From: Rhodothermales bacterium
GTDB taxonomy: Bacteria; Bacteroidota; Rhodothermia; Rhodothermales; Bin80
Length of the DNA stretch: 64,000 bases
NCBI GenBank assembly: GCA_965209015.1
Contig: OZ242367.1
Coordinates: 1,280,865 to 1,344,864 of the forward strand
Reading direction: 5' to 3'
The position numbers and the translations under genes were made by a program. Under the pieces are notes generated by a model. The model did not search any database, was not told the origin of the DNA, and worked only from the letters and a program-made list of their open reading frames with translations. The first letter of the stretch is position 1. Each line of letters starts with the position of its first letter. Positions 47,992-57,663 of the stretch are shown piece after piece.

Positions 47992-48846
47992 CTATGACTC
48001 TTCTTCACACAGGAGGTTTAGAAGATGAATAACGCTGTTCCGAAGCTCTCTGCGATCAACAACCATATCCACGAACCCATGATCTTTTAGAAACTCGGAG
48101 CTTTGGAATCCTTTCGGGAGATCTTGTCCAATTGTTTCACGGATGACCCGAGGACCAGCGAAACCAATGAGTGCTCCCGGTTCTGCTATATTGATGTCTC
48201 CTAACATTGCAAAGGAGGCGGTGACTCCACCTGTCGTCGGGTTAGTCAACACTGAGATATAGGGGATTCCTTTTTCATGAAGCCGTGCGAGGTGTGCACT
48301 AGTTTTAGCCATCTGCATGAGACTGAGAGCACCTTCCATCATCCGAGCGCCACCGCTTTGTGCGATGACAATCACGGGAATCTCGTGATCAATACCTCTG
48401 CGGATCGCCCGGGCAATCACTTCGCCGACCACAGACCCCATAGATCCACCGATAAAACTGAAGTCCATCACAGCCATGGACACTTCATGGCGTTCCATCT
48501 TCCCGACAGCGGCTTGCACTGCATCAGGTAGACCAGTTTTTTTGCGGGCACTTTGAAGCCGATCAGAGTAGTTCTTTCGATCCGTGAATTCCAATGGATC
48601 AATCGCAGTAACCTCCTGATCTTGAAGTTGATAGGATCCCTCGTCCAGCAATAATGCAAAATATTTTTCGGAACCTAGGCGACTATGGTAGTCACATTTT
48701 GGACAAACATCTACGTTCGTATCTAACTCCCTCACATGATTAATCGCCTTACAACCAGAACATTTTTGCCACTGGCCGGCGGGCATTTCATGTTGACCAC
48801 TCCGACTAGTAAGAATCCCCTTTTTTGTTCTTTTGAACCAAGTCAT
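47992..48846 (-). CDS. accD: acetyl-CoA carboxylase carboxyltransferase beta subunit
   Basis: N-terminal Zn ribbon CSGC...CPKC. GGSMGSVVGE. SGGARMMEG. Confidence 0.95.
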   Translation of the reverse strand: MTWFKRTKKGILTSRSGQHEMPAGQWQKCSGCKAINHVRELDTNVDVCPKCDYHSRLGSEKYFALLLDEGSYQLQDQEVTAIDPLEFTDRKNYSDRLQSARKKTGLPDAVQAAVGKMERHEVSMAVMDFSFIGGSMGSVVGEVIARAIRRGIDHEIPVIVIAQSGGARMMEGALSLMQMAKTSAHLARLHEKGIPYISVLTNPTTGGVTASFAMLGDINIAEPGALIGFAGPRVIRETIGQDLPKGFQSSEFLKDHGFVDMVVDRRELRNSVIHLLNLLCEEES

Positions 48847-48993
48847 TGTCTAGATGTACAGCGAACGTACTTAAACGATTTTGAATGAAGGTGTTCTCAG
48901 TGGGCAAAATTGAGACAAAAAGCAGATAGATTCTTCTTCTCGCTGTATATTTCGGCGCAAACTAACTTGTAAAGATAAAAAGATTAAGAGACA

Positions 48994-51117
48994 ATGAAAG
49001 TTTATAGTCCTGATCGGATCCGAAATATTGTTTTGGTTGGTCATCAAGGCAGTGGAAAAACCTCTCTGGGGGAGTCATTGCTTTTTGTGAGCAAAAAAAT
49101 TCATCGCCTCGGTACAGTTACAGAGGGATCTACGGTCAGTGACTATCAGCCAAGCGAGAAAGAGCGACAAATGTCCATCTTTTCATCTTTGCTTCATGCG
49201 GAGTGGGACGAGCATAAGATCAATATCATTGATACCCCTGGATATCCAGATTTTGTAGGCGAGGTGGTGTCTGCTATTCGTGTAGCAGATACATCTCTTT
49301 TTGTGATGAACGCTCAAGAGGGGGTTGAGGTTGGTGCAGAGCTTGCTTGGAGTGCTGCTTCCGAGAGTCAGAAGCCAGTAATGTTTGTCATTAACCAGAT
49401 TGATCGTCCTCAGGCCGATGTTGAATCCACCATTGCACAGATGCGAGAGCGCTTTGGCTCTGGATTAACCATCGTACAATTTCCAGGCGCCACTCCCAAT
49501 GATCTGATAGATGTTTTGGTGATGAAACAGGTTAGCTTTAAACCCGGCTCACAGGATCCACCGACATTTACTGAAATCCCAGAAAAGTTTCGCGAACGCG
49601 CAGATGAACTTCACAATGCGTTGGTTGAGGATATTGCCGTAAGTGATGAAAAATTAATGGAGAAATATCTGGAAACCGAACGACTCTCGGAGCATGAGAT
49701 GCGAGAAGGACTCCGAGATGCAATGTTGGCGCGGTCGCTTTATCCAGTATTTTGCACCATAGCAGCGACAAATGTGGGGGCCGCTCGCCTCATGAGTTTT
49801 ATCAATAATGTCGTGCCATCTCCGCTGGAAGTTGCTCCACTTCCGTTAGCAGAGGGAGATTTGATCAAGCCGAGTGTTGATGGGAGTCCCGTTGTATTCA
49901 TCTACCGAACAATGGCAGAACATCATGTCGGGGATTATTCATTTTTTCGCGTATGCAATGGTTCAATTGAGTCAGGAATGGACTTAGAAAATGCCCAGTC
50001 CGGTACGATTGAGCGGTTGGGGCAACTGTATGCACTCTGCGGGCGAGATCGTGAAACGGTTGCGACGATGAATGCAGGAGACTTGGGAGCTCTGGTCAAG
50101 TTAAGGGATACGCACACCAACAACACGCTTCGTAGGAAAGGAGAGAAGGTCATTGTAGCTCCGATTCCTTTTCCAGAGCCGCGATACCGTGAAGCAATTC
50201 ACGCAAAGACCGAGGGAGAAGAGGATAAGCTGGCGCAGGGATTACATCAAATCACATCGGAAGACCCGTCTCTCGTCGTGGTTCATGAACCAGACTTGAG
50301 TCAGATCACGTTGGGGGGGCAGGGAGCAATGCACCTCAAGGTCGCTCAGTATCGTCTAAAATCCAAGGTAAATGTTGAGGTTGAATACTCTCGCCCGCGT
50401 GTAGCTTATCGCGAAACGGTTACCACCGAGGCCCGTGATTCCTATCGGCACAAGAAACAGACCGGGGGGGCAGGGCAGTTTGCAGATATTTCTGTTTTAA
50501 TTGAACCACTTGAAGGCGAATTCCAAAAGCGACCCGACATTAATGTCCGAAATGTCGTACAGGCTGAAACTGCGTGGGGCTCAACTATTGAGTTTATTGA
50601 TGCCATTGTTGGGGGCGTGATTGATATGCGGCGCTTCTTTGGTGCTATTCAAAAAGGTGTTCTTGAAGCAATGCAAAAAGGACCAGTGGCTGGATATCCA
50701 GTTGGAAATGTTCGGTTTGTGATTTTTGATGGTGGAATGCACTCCGTTGATTCAAATGAGAATGCTTTCAGAACCGCGGCTCGAATGGTTTTTCGTGAAT
50801 CGTTCCGTAAGGCGAAGCCTGTGATCTTGGAGCCGATTCACGATGTTGAGGTCACTGTTCCAGATACATACACAGGGGATGTGATGGGGGACTTGAATGG
50901 ACGTCGGGCGACCATCAGGGGAATGGAGGCTGAGGGGAAGATGCAGAAAATTCTTGTTCAGGTTCCAGAGGCAGAGCTGTATCAGTACTCCACCCGCGTT
51001 CGTTCCATGACGCAGGGACGGGGAATCCACAGCGCCCGATTTAGCCACTACCAAGCGATGCCCAGAAGTGTGCAGGACGATGTTGTATCCGCTGCGGCCA
51101 AAGCTCAACAGGAATAA
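48994..51117 (+). CDS. elongation factor G paralog (EF-G2-like translational GTPase)
   Basis: P-loop GHQGSGKTSL (not AHIDAGKTT), DTPGYPDF, NQID. Five-domain length of 707 aa. Confidence 0.85.
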   Translation: MKVYSPDRIRNIVLVGHQGSGKTSLGESLLFVSKKIHRLGTVTEGSTVSDYQPSEKERQMSIFSSLLHAEWDEHKINIIDTPGYPDFVGEVVSAIRVADTSLFVMNAQEGVEVGAELAWSAASESQKPVMFVINQIDRPQADVESTIAQMRERFGSGLTIVQFPGATPNDLIDVLVMKQVSFKPGSQDPPTFTEIPEKFRERADELHNALVEDIAVSDEKLMEKYLETERLSEHEMREGLRDAMLARSLYPVFCTIAATNVGAARLMSFINNVVPSPLEVAPLPLAEGDLIKPSVDGSPVVFIYRTMAEHHVGDYSFFRVCNGSIESGMDLENAQSGTIERLGQLYALCGRDRETVATMNAGDLGALVKLRDTHTNNTLRRKGEKVIVAPIPFPEPRYREAIHAKTEGEEDKLAQGLHQITSEDPSLVVVHEPDLSQITLGGQGAMHLKVAQYRLKSKVNVEVEYSRPRVAYRETVTTEARDSYRHKKQTGGAGQFADISVLIEPLEGEFQKRPDINVRNVVQAETAWGSTIEFIDAIVGGVIDMRRFFGAIQKGVLEAMQKGPVAGYPVGNVRFVIFDGGMHSVDSNENAFRTAARMVFRESFRKAKPVILEPIHDVEVTVPDTYTGDVMGDLNGRRATIRGMEAEGKMQKILVQVPEAELYQYSTRVRSMTQGRGIHSARFSHYQAMPRSVQDDVVSAAAKAQQE

Positions 51118-51143
51118 ATATTTAGTTACGGATCTACCTGCTC

Positions 51144-52094
51144 CTAATTGGTTGGTGAATTATCTCTTCCACCAATGGAGCGGTTGCTTTTTGTAAAGGC
51201 CTTGAACAGTTCTTCGGATGTTTCCAGTATCCACTTGTAATATTCATCTTGGCGATTCTCATCATGAGGATTACCTTCATATGTGCAAGAAATCAGAAAG
51301 GCCTTCTTATCCTTAAGAGGGAGCCATTCTATATCAGTTTTGACTATTTCTTGAAAGACGCTTTTTCTTTCAAAAAGGTGTTCATACAAATCTTTGTTAC
51401 TGGAAATATATATCGCCACTTGAATAAAGCCTTTCACTGAGTTCAAACTTAAGCGAAGGTGTGCTTCTCTGCTTCCGATGGAAACATCATACCAGGCACG
51501 TGGCCACGGTTTTCGACTAACTGTGAGGCCTATTTTTGAGTTTGATGCATACTCTTTCAGACCCTCCCAAAAGCTCAAGTGAGCCAGTTTTGTCTCGCTA
51601 AGAATAACTTTGATCCATGAGTTCGGTTGGACAACTACATTAAATTTGGGGGCAGGCTTAGAGTCTCCAATCTTATAGGCTTCAATTCTTACAAGAAAAA
51701 AAGATATTTCATCGTCCATATGATCATTGAACCACTCAATTGCCCTCTGATGCTCATCGGTAATATCCCCAACGATCCATACGATGATGCTTGCATCAAA
51801 ACTGGAAGCGTAGGTTAGGAGCTTTCCAAGATGGTCATGATTCGTTTGGCCCAATTGATTTTCAACAATAATTTTCTTTTCAGTCTGACTTTCCTCCGCG
51901 GTAATATCTACAAAGTATCGTCCCGCGCCTTGCTCAGTCTTTATATTTTCGGCGGTCACCCCTATTTCTTCAAATAGGAGATCAATATTCGCGGCTAGCC
52001 AGGGAGTAAAATTGCGGTCTTCATACTTCCAGATTTCTCGGAGAGATACACTTTTGAGAGTTTCCAAGTCAATGGCTGTTGTTGGTTCGTTCAT
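51144..52094 (-). CDS. DUF4268-type protein with N-terminal PD-(D/E)XK-like nuclease fold
   Basis: FTPWLAANIDLL...GRYFVDITAE...IIVENQLGQTNHDHLGKLLTYA is the D...E-x-Q core pattern seen in this architecture. The C-terminal half FWEGLKEYA... is DUF4268-like. Assignment from memory of the family only. Confidence 0.55.
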   Translation of the reverse strand: MNEPTTAIDLETLKSVSLREIWKYEDRNFTPWLAANIDLLFEEIGVTAENIKTEQGAGRYFVDITAEESQTEKKIIVENQLGQTNHDHLGKLLTYASSFDASIIVWIVGDITDEHQRAIEWFNDHMDDEISFFLVRIEAYKIGDSKPAPKFNVVVQPNSWIKVILSETKLAHLSFWEGLKEYASNSKIGLTVSRKPWPRAWYDVSIGSREAHLRLSLNSVKGFIQVAIYISSNKDLYEHLFERKSVFQEIVKTDIEWLPLKDKKAFLISCTYEGNPHDENRQDEYYKWILETSEELFKAFTKSNRSIGGRDNSPTN

Positions 52095-52501
52095 TTTATA
52101 CGTTAGTCATGAGTTGAGTTACGGGTACAAGATAGAATTACTAAACATGAGTCCCTGATTCATATGACAAGTTAAATAGATTCTCAAAGATAACAATCCA
52201 CGTTTCAACTCTGGAAATATTTGTATTGTCATGAGTAGATGGAATTATGGTCCTGGCATATAACCAATTCGGTACGATATCATAGTGATCAAGTCTAAGT
52301 GTCCAGCAATAGATCGGTGAGGGATTCAACAGCTTTCAGGGAATGATCCAAGACGAAGTCTCAAATTGTCAGGATTGAAGGGTTAATCATCAAAGGTGGG
52401 TAGAAATGAAATGAGGACCGGGTTCCTCCCAAAATCAATTAGTAAAGAACCCGATCAGAGCAGCAAAAAAATCAAGTCGGGTCGAGGTTGATGCAGAAAG
52501 T

Positions 52502-53497
52502 TTATTTTGATTTCTTTGACTTTGGCCCCGACTTTTTTCCTCGGCTCTGTGGAGACTTTTTCGTGAGTGGTATGATTTGTTCAAGTTCAAATTCTTCAAT
52601 CAAATTTCCAGCCAGTTTAACTCGAACCGTACGAGAGAAAATATTCATACTTAAGACATGTCCTTGGCCATTGTCCGTATCTACTCTGGTATTCTTGGGA
52701 GGAAACTCTTCCAGAATCTTCATGTACTGTTCCAACTCATAATTCAGACAGCACTTGAGCCGACCACAGCGTCCCATCATTCGTTCATTTGAGAGAGGAA
52801 AATGCATTTTTTTTGCAGCTGAGGCAGATACGGGGGGGATCTGACGCATCCAAGAAGAACAGCAAAGCTCCCTGCCACACACACCAAGTCCTCCAATTCG
52901 AGCGGCTTCCTCTCTAAGACTCAAGCGAAGAAACTCAACGCGCGTCGAAAACCGTCGACAAAGTTCACTGATCACCGAACGCAGGGAAACCTTTTTCTGG
53001 GAAGTATAGAAAATGGACAGCCGTTTCCGATCAAACTGCCATTCTGCATCTACCAGTTTGACAGGCATCTTCTGCCGTCTAATTGCAGTTTTTGCAGCGA
53101 GTAATGCCTCCTTTTCTGCTTCTCGATTCTTCTGTTGGATGCTCCGATCGTTGGATGAAGCCAAACGAACGACTTGATCGTAGTTCGGGTGGCTTCGTGC
53201 ACGGATATGTACAAGTTCACCGGTTAGCACCACCTGACCATAGTCCAGCCCTCGCTGCGCAGAAACGATAATATCGTCACCTGCAGAGACGGGAATGTTT
53301 CGTTTATTCTGGTAAACCTTCCTACGTCTTCCTTTGAAGGCAACCTCAACCAAATCACAGTGATCCCGACCTTCAACCTTGGAAGACTCGGGAAGCCAAT
53401 CAAAAATCTGAACGGATGGGCAACTATCACTACAACCGCCATAACCACTAAGGGAACTCCCACTGCAGCCACAGGCACCGTTTGTGCCACAAGACAT
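52502..53497 (-). CDS. ricT: PSP1-domain protein (RicT/YaaT family)
   Basis: Cys-rich N-terminus and CGR(L/E)(K/L)CC motifs (CGRELCCSSW, CGRLKCCLNYE). Sits directly downstream of holB, as in the classical holB-yaaT pair. Confidence 0.8.
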   Translation of the reverse strand: MSCGTNGACGCSGSSLSGYGGCSDSCPSVQIFDWLPESSKVEGRDHCDLVEVAFKGRRRKVYQNKRNIPVSAGDDIIVSAQRGLDYGQVVLTGELVHIRARSHPNYDQVVRLASSNDRSIQQKNREAEKEALLAAKTAIRRQKMPVKLVDAEWQFDRKRLSIFYTSQKKVSLRSVISELCRRFSTRVEFLRLSLREEAARIGGLGVCGRELCCSSWMRQIPPVSASAAKKMHFPLSNERMMGRCGRLKCCLNYELEQYMKILEEFPPKNTRVDTDNGQGHVLSMNIFSRTVRVKLAGNLIEEFELEQIIPLTKKSPQSRGKKSGPKSKKSK

Positions 53498-53653
53498 AAT
53501 GAATCAATGATTAATTTAGAAAGCGTTTTCAATGAAAGATGAATTACGCGGTGAGCCCAATAACGTTCAAGGAGCCAATCAGTGGTCCCCAAGATATCCG
53601 TGAACTACAAAGCCCCGACTGTGGGCAGAGCGAATAGATCAAAAGTAAAGGTT

Positions 53654-54952
53654 TCAGCTTGTCTTGAAGCTTGCGAGTGGCTTGAATAACTTGCCGCTGT
53701 GTGTGGTTCGCCGAGCTTTCCCCAAGCTATCAAAGATTGTGATCGGAATCGGCGTGGAAATATAATCGGCGGTTCGCATAGCTTCACCTAATCGCATGGA
53801 AAGATTGATCAATAGTAAGTTGGTATTCACATTTGATTCTGTTAGGAGTAGTGCCTCTTCAATAAGTCGAGACATTGCATCCAAGTCGGCATTTTGAAGG
53901 TTCTTGCTGAACTTTGAGATTTCTACGATTTGATCATGATTTGTGATGGCCGCTTCTTCTCCAATCTCCCGGTATAATGCAACGTCACGGATCCAGCTCA
54001 GAAGTAGCCTGAGCAAATTTCTGATTCCATCCCGACTGGACTGGTTCACCTCTGCGATCAGATCTGTCTGCTGTACAATTTTTCCCAAAAACGCAAGACG
54101 AAGAAAAGAAATCACTCGTTCACGGTCACGCCGCAGTTCTTCGTTCCGAATCAGCTCCAGTGCACGCATATAGGAGCCCTGAGACATATTGGCTGCAACA
54201 TTTGCAAGATCTTCGTCAACATCCGTACGATCAAGTAATGCCCGCACGATGGTGTCAGGAGATAAACTTTCAAATGCTACATGTTGGCAGCGTGATGTGA
54301 TCGTAGGCAGGAGAGCATTCTTCCTGCAGGTAGTTAGGATAAATATGGTACCAGAATTAGGTTCTTCAAGAACTTTCAAAAATGCATTTGCTGCACGTTC
54401 ACGAATCACATCTACATCCGTAATGATGGCAATACGATACTTCCCCTGTGAGGGGCGCATCATAATTTTTTCACGCAACTGTAAGTTGATTCGATCAACT
54501 GAATAGAGCGCTTGCTTAAATCGTTTCGATTCGGTTTTCTGCGATCCAAGGGTGGGAGCACGGACGAAGTCTACCGCAGCGTAGGGTTCTTCGGCTAGTA
54601 GGGCGATGCGATCGGAAACTTCGTGTGGCTTTGCATCGCTTGGTTCGGGGATCAGAATTTCTATATCTGGATGCTGCAGCCGAATCGCACGCTTACAAGA
54701 TGGACAGGGTGGATCATCAGAGCAGCCTTCACATTGTAAGGCACGGGCAAATGCTAATGCAACCGCACGTTTCCCGGCGCCCTCAATCCCATGAAACAGA
54801 TATGCATGAGCAATATGACCAGACTCGAGCGAGCGCTTCAAGAGCTCAACTACATTTGCTTGTCCAATAACATGATCCCAATACGGACTGGAAGAAGTAT
54901 TCGGCATCTTTATTTTGGGCATTGCAACCTGTTTTGGATTATCCCCGTTCAA
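53654..54952 (-). CDS. holB: DNA polymerase III subunit delta'
   Basis: HAYLFHGIEGAGKRAVALAFARALQCE...CPSC, plus the SRC motif TITSRCQ. The start is uncertain among three N-terminal Met codons. Confidence 0.85.
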   Translation of the reverse strand: MNGDNPKQVAMPKIKMPNTSSSPYWDHVIGQANVVELLKRSLESGHIAHAYLFHGIEGAGKRAVALAFARALQCEGCSDDPPCPSCKRAIRLQHPDIEILIPEPSDAKPHEVSDRIALLAEEPYAAVDFVRAPTLGSQKTESKRFKQALYSVDRINLQLREKIMMRPSQGKYRIAIITDVDVIRERAANAFLKVLEEPNSGTIFILTTCRKNALLPTITSRCQHVAFESLSPDTIVRALLDRTDVDEDLANVAANMSQGSYMRALELIRNEELRRDRERVISFLRLAFLGKIVQQTDLIAEVNQSSRDGIRNLLRLLLSWIRDVALYREIGEEAAITNHDQIVEISKFSKNLQNADLDAMSRLIEEALLLTESNVNTNLLLINLSMRLGEAMRTADYISTPIPITIFDSLGKARRTTHSGKLFKPLASFKTS

Positions 54953-54961
54953 GGAATTTCT

Positions 54962-55035
54962 GGCGTGGTGGCTCAGTTGGTTAGAGCGTGCGACTCATAA
55001 TCGCAAGGTCGAGAGTTCGAGTCTCTCCCACGCCA
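54962..55035 (+). tRNA. tRNA with CAT anticodon (elongator tRNA-Met, or tRNA-Ile2 if lysidine-modified)
   Basis: Hand-folded cloverleaf. Acceptor GGCGTGG/CCACGCC. D arm GCTC-AGTTGGTTA-GAGC. Anticodon stem TGCGA/TCGCA with loop CTCATAA. T arm GAGAG-TTCGAGT-CTCTC. Discriminator A. CCA not encoded. A G1-C72 pair argues against an initiator. Confidence 0.9.
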
Positions 55036-55140
55036 CTCCTACAATTGATCCATTTGATCACCCGAAGGGAACCGTTCGCTCCACCTCCATACAAAACCGC
55101 CGCAACGGTTATCTCCGAAGAGATCATGATCTCAGTCATC

Positions 55141-55530
55141 TTAAAGCCGATCTGAGTCCAGGAGTTCGGAAATTATATCTTCATGATCTGGTCGGATTAG
55201 AGCAAGGATCGCATGATGGGGGACGATATAAAATTTCTCTTGCTTATACGTGAACTCAATTGCCTCCTTACGCTGAAAGAAGGCTAAGTCTCCAACATTC
55301 GCCTCGAGAGGCAGATACCGTCCAATCCTTTTCGGCTCTGCCCAGGGTTCACTTTCGGAGTACTCAGGATTGGGAATCAAGTGGCCAGGTCCAACGATCT
55401 CTATGCGTCCTGATCCGATCCGGTCACGCTCGGCGACAGATGCAGGAAGAACCAACCCAGATTCAGTCTGCTGTTCTCCGCTGTCGGGCTTAATTAATAC
55501 CCGGTCACCAACGATGATTAACTCTGACAT
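55141..55530 (-). CDS. GroES (Cpn10)-like protein
   Basis: IVGDRVLIKPDSGEQQTESGLVLP...GRIEIVGPG matches the Cpn10 fold signature. It is longer (129 aa) than canonical GroES and not next to groEL. Confidence 0.6.
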   Translation of the reverse strand: MSELIIVGDRVLIKPDSGEQQTESGLVLPASVAERDRIGSGRIEIVGPGHLIPNPEYSESEPWAEPKRIGRYLPLEANVGDLAFFQRKEAIEFTYKQEKFYIVPHHAILALIRPDHEDIISELLDSDRL

Positions 55531-55573
55531 AGAATCAGGAAAGAGTAATCTGATTTAGACAAATAAAGTTCAC

Positions 55574-57349
55574 CTACTTCAACGTCCCTCTTAGGTAGAG
55601 GGTCGATCCAATTGCTAAGGTCAGCATCAAAAAGCCGGGTAGATAATTTCCCAGAATTAAATATCCAGCCGAAAATAAACATGTATACACAAGCACGATT
55701 CCAGCACCCCATTGACGTGCCATTGCACGTATGGTGGAGTCTGACTGGATGTCCGGGTGCATTCCAGCAATAGGCTTCCAACCTGGCCCTGCGGGTCGAA
55801 CGAGTCTATAAAATTTCTCAAGGGTGGCTTGGTCTGTTGGTTTGGTGAGAAAGGTAACCGTAATCCACAGAGCGGTCGTAATTCCCACGACAATAAATAG
55901 GTTAGATGGAAATGGTTCATTGATTCCAGGGATTGGAATGCCAAAGAGCGTCAATAGCACGAGAAGGATTGGAGCCAAGGTCGCGACCAGTTCACTCCAT
56001 GCGTTGATCCGCCACCAGTACCACCGGAGAATCAAGACTGTACCTAAGCCTCCCGAGGCAGTAAGAATCAAGCTCCACGCTTGGCTGATAGACTCCAGTT
56101 GCGTGGCCACAAGAATACTTAGTAGACCCACAATGAAGGTGAGGGTTCGGGAGATTATGACATAATGGCGTTCACTTTTATTTGGACGAATAAATCGTCG
56201 CCAGAAATCATTCACCAAATAAGACACCCCCCAGTTCAGTTGTGTAGAAATCGTACTCATGAATGCGGCCAAGAAAGCAGCAAAGACTAACCCCAAGATC
56301 CCGACTGGCAGAACATCTCGCATAACCATAATGAACCCTTCCCTTGATTGATCAAGTTCGGGGTATAGAACCAGAGATGACAGCGCAATGATGATCCATG
56401 GCCATGGACGGATACAGTAGTGCGCAATCGTGAAAAAAAGCGCCGAGAATACAGCGTCTCGTTCACTTGTCGTTCCCATCATACGCTGCGCGCTGTATCC
56501 ACCTCCACCAGGCTCAGAACCCGGATACCAGCTACTCCACCACTGAATTCCAATGAAAGCCATGAACGCCGGGACGGACAATGCAAATGCAGCGGCCGCA
56601 CTGGGGACATCACCGATCCTGGGGAAAAAGTCGAATGTTTCGGGGGGCAAACTGGCTTTCAGGCCGGCAATTCCCCCGACTTCAGGGAGTTGAAGGACGA
56701 AGACTGCCATCAGGATTGAGCCTGCCATTGCCAGTATGAATTGCATTACATCAGTTACCGCTACACCCCAAAGTCCTGAAAGCAATGCAAAAATGGAAAC
56801 CAATACGACGAGCCCACTGACAATCACCAGTGCTGCACTCATTGAGAGCCCACCCACCGAGAACGAGGCTTGACCGAATAAGGTAATACCTGGCCACAGC
56901 ACGTTGATTGCCGTCTCCATTGCCAAGGAGACCCATCCAATGATAATTATGTTTAAGAGCAGTCCAAAATAGACCGCCTTAATTCCACGAAGCCATGCAG
57001 CAACTTGACCGGTATAGCGGAGCTCAACGAATTCGACATCCGTTTGAATCCCACATCTTCGCCATAATCGTGCAAAGAAGAATACGGTCAGCATACCTCC
57101 AAAGGCAAAATTCCACCACAACCAGTTGCCGGCAATTCCATTTTCCGCAACCAGCTCGGTTACTGCCATCGGGGTATCCGCCGCAAACGTAGTTGCCACC
57201 ATGCTGATGCCCGCCAACCACCATGCCATTCGACGTCCGCTCAGGAAGAACTCAGAGGTATTCTGTCCAGCACGTCTGGAATAGAACAAGGCAATTCCGG
57301 CGACAATCAGGAAGTAGATTCCGATAATGATCCAATCAAGTGGTGTCAT
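55574..57349 (-). CDS. sodium:solute symporter (SSS) family transporter
   Basis: 591 aa, about 13-14 predicted TM segments. N-terminus IIGIYFLIVAGIALFYSRRAGQNTSEFFLSGR is typical of SSS. Confidence 0.8.
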   Translation of the reverse strand: MTPLDWIIIGIYFLIVAGIALFYSRRAGQNTSEFFLSGRRMAWWLAGISMVATTFAADTPMAVTELVAENGIAGNWLWWNFAFGGMLTVFFFARLWRRCGIQTDVEFVELRYTGQVAAWLRGIKAVYFGLLLNIIIIGWVSLAMETAINVLWPGITLFGQASFSVGGLSMSAALVIVSGLVVLVSIFALLSGLWGVAVTDVMQFILAMAGSILMAVFVLQLPEVGGIAGLKASLPPETFDFFPRIGDVPSAAAAFALSVPAFMAFIGIQWWSSWYPGSEPGGGGYSAQRMMGTTSERDAVFSALFFTIAHYCIRPWPWIIIALSSLVLYPELDQSREGFIMVMRDVLPVGILGLVFAAFLAAFMSTISTQLNWGVSYLVNDFWRRFIRPNKSERHYVIISRTLTFIVGLLSILVATQLESISQAWSLILTASGGLGTVLILRWYWWRINAWSELVATLAPILLVLLTLFGIPIPGINEPFPSNLFIVVGITTALWITVTFLTKPTDQATLEKFYRLVRPAGPGWKPIAGMHPDIQSDSTIRAMARQWGAGIVLVYTCLFSAGYLILGNYLPGFLMLTLAIGSTLYLRGTLK

Positions 57350-57663
57350 TTTTTATTGGGTTGCGTACAGTGCAAGTTAGGTGTTTTTCACGTGCCAGTC
57401 AAAATCATAGACAAAGCGAGCGAGCGGAATCCAATTCGTTCTTCACTAATTAATTGCATGTGTATCTTGGGAAGATTCAATAATAATATAAATCTTTGTG
57501 ATGAAGAAAAAATCAAAATCATGTTGCTCGTGGATGGAATCAATCTCTATGTGGTTTGTCGGGTTTATACGCTTAAATTTATTGTCACAGTCGTTAAGGC
57601 TTTGAACAAATAATGATGCATTTGGCAGTATTTTTCCTGAATTAACGATATCTGAGTTGATCA

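Noticed and set aside
54962-55035. Initiator tRNA-fMet identity for the CAT-anticodon tRNA.
   Set aside because: Positions 1 and 72 form a normal G-C pair. The anticodon stem (TGCGA/TCGCA) lacks the three consecutive G-C pairs typical of bacterial initiators. Elongator Met versus Ile2 (lysidine) cannot be resolved by eye.
54915-55253. 112-aa plus-strand ORF covering the tRNA gene.
   Set aside because: It overlaps a well-folded tRNA and the 3' end of the GroES-like gene. It is spurious.
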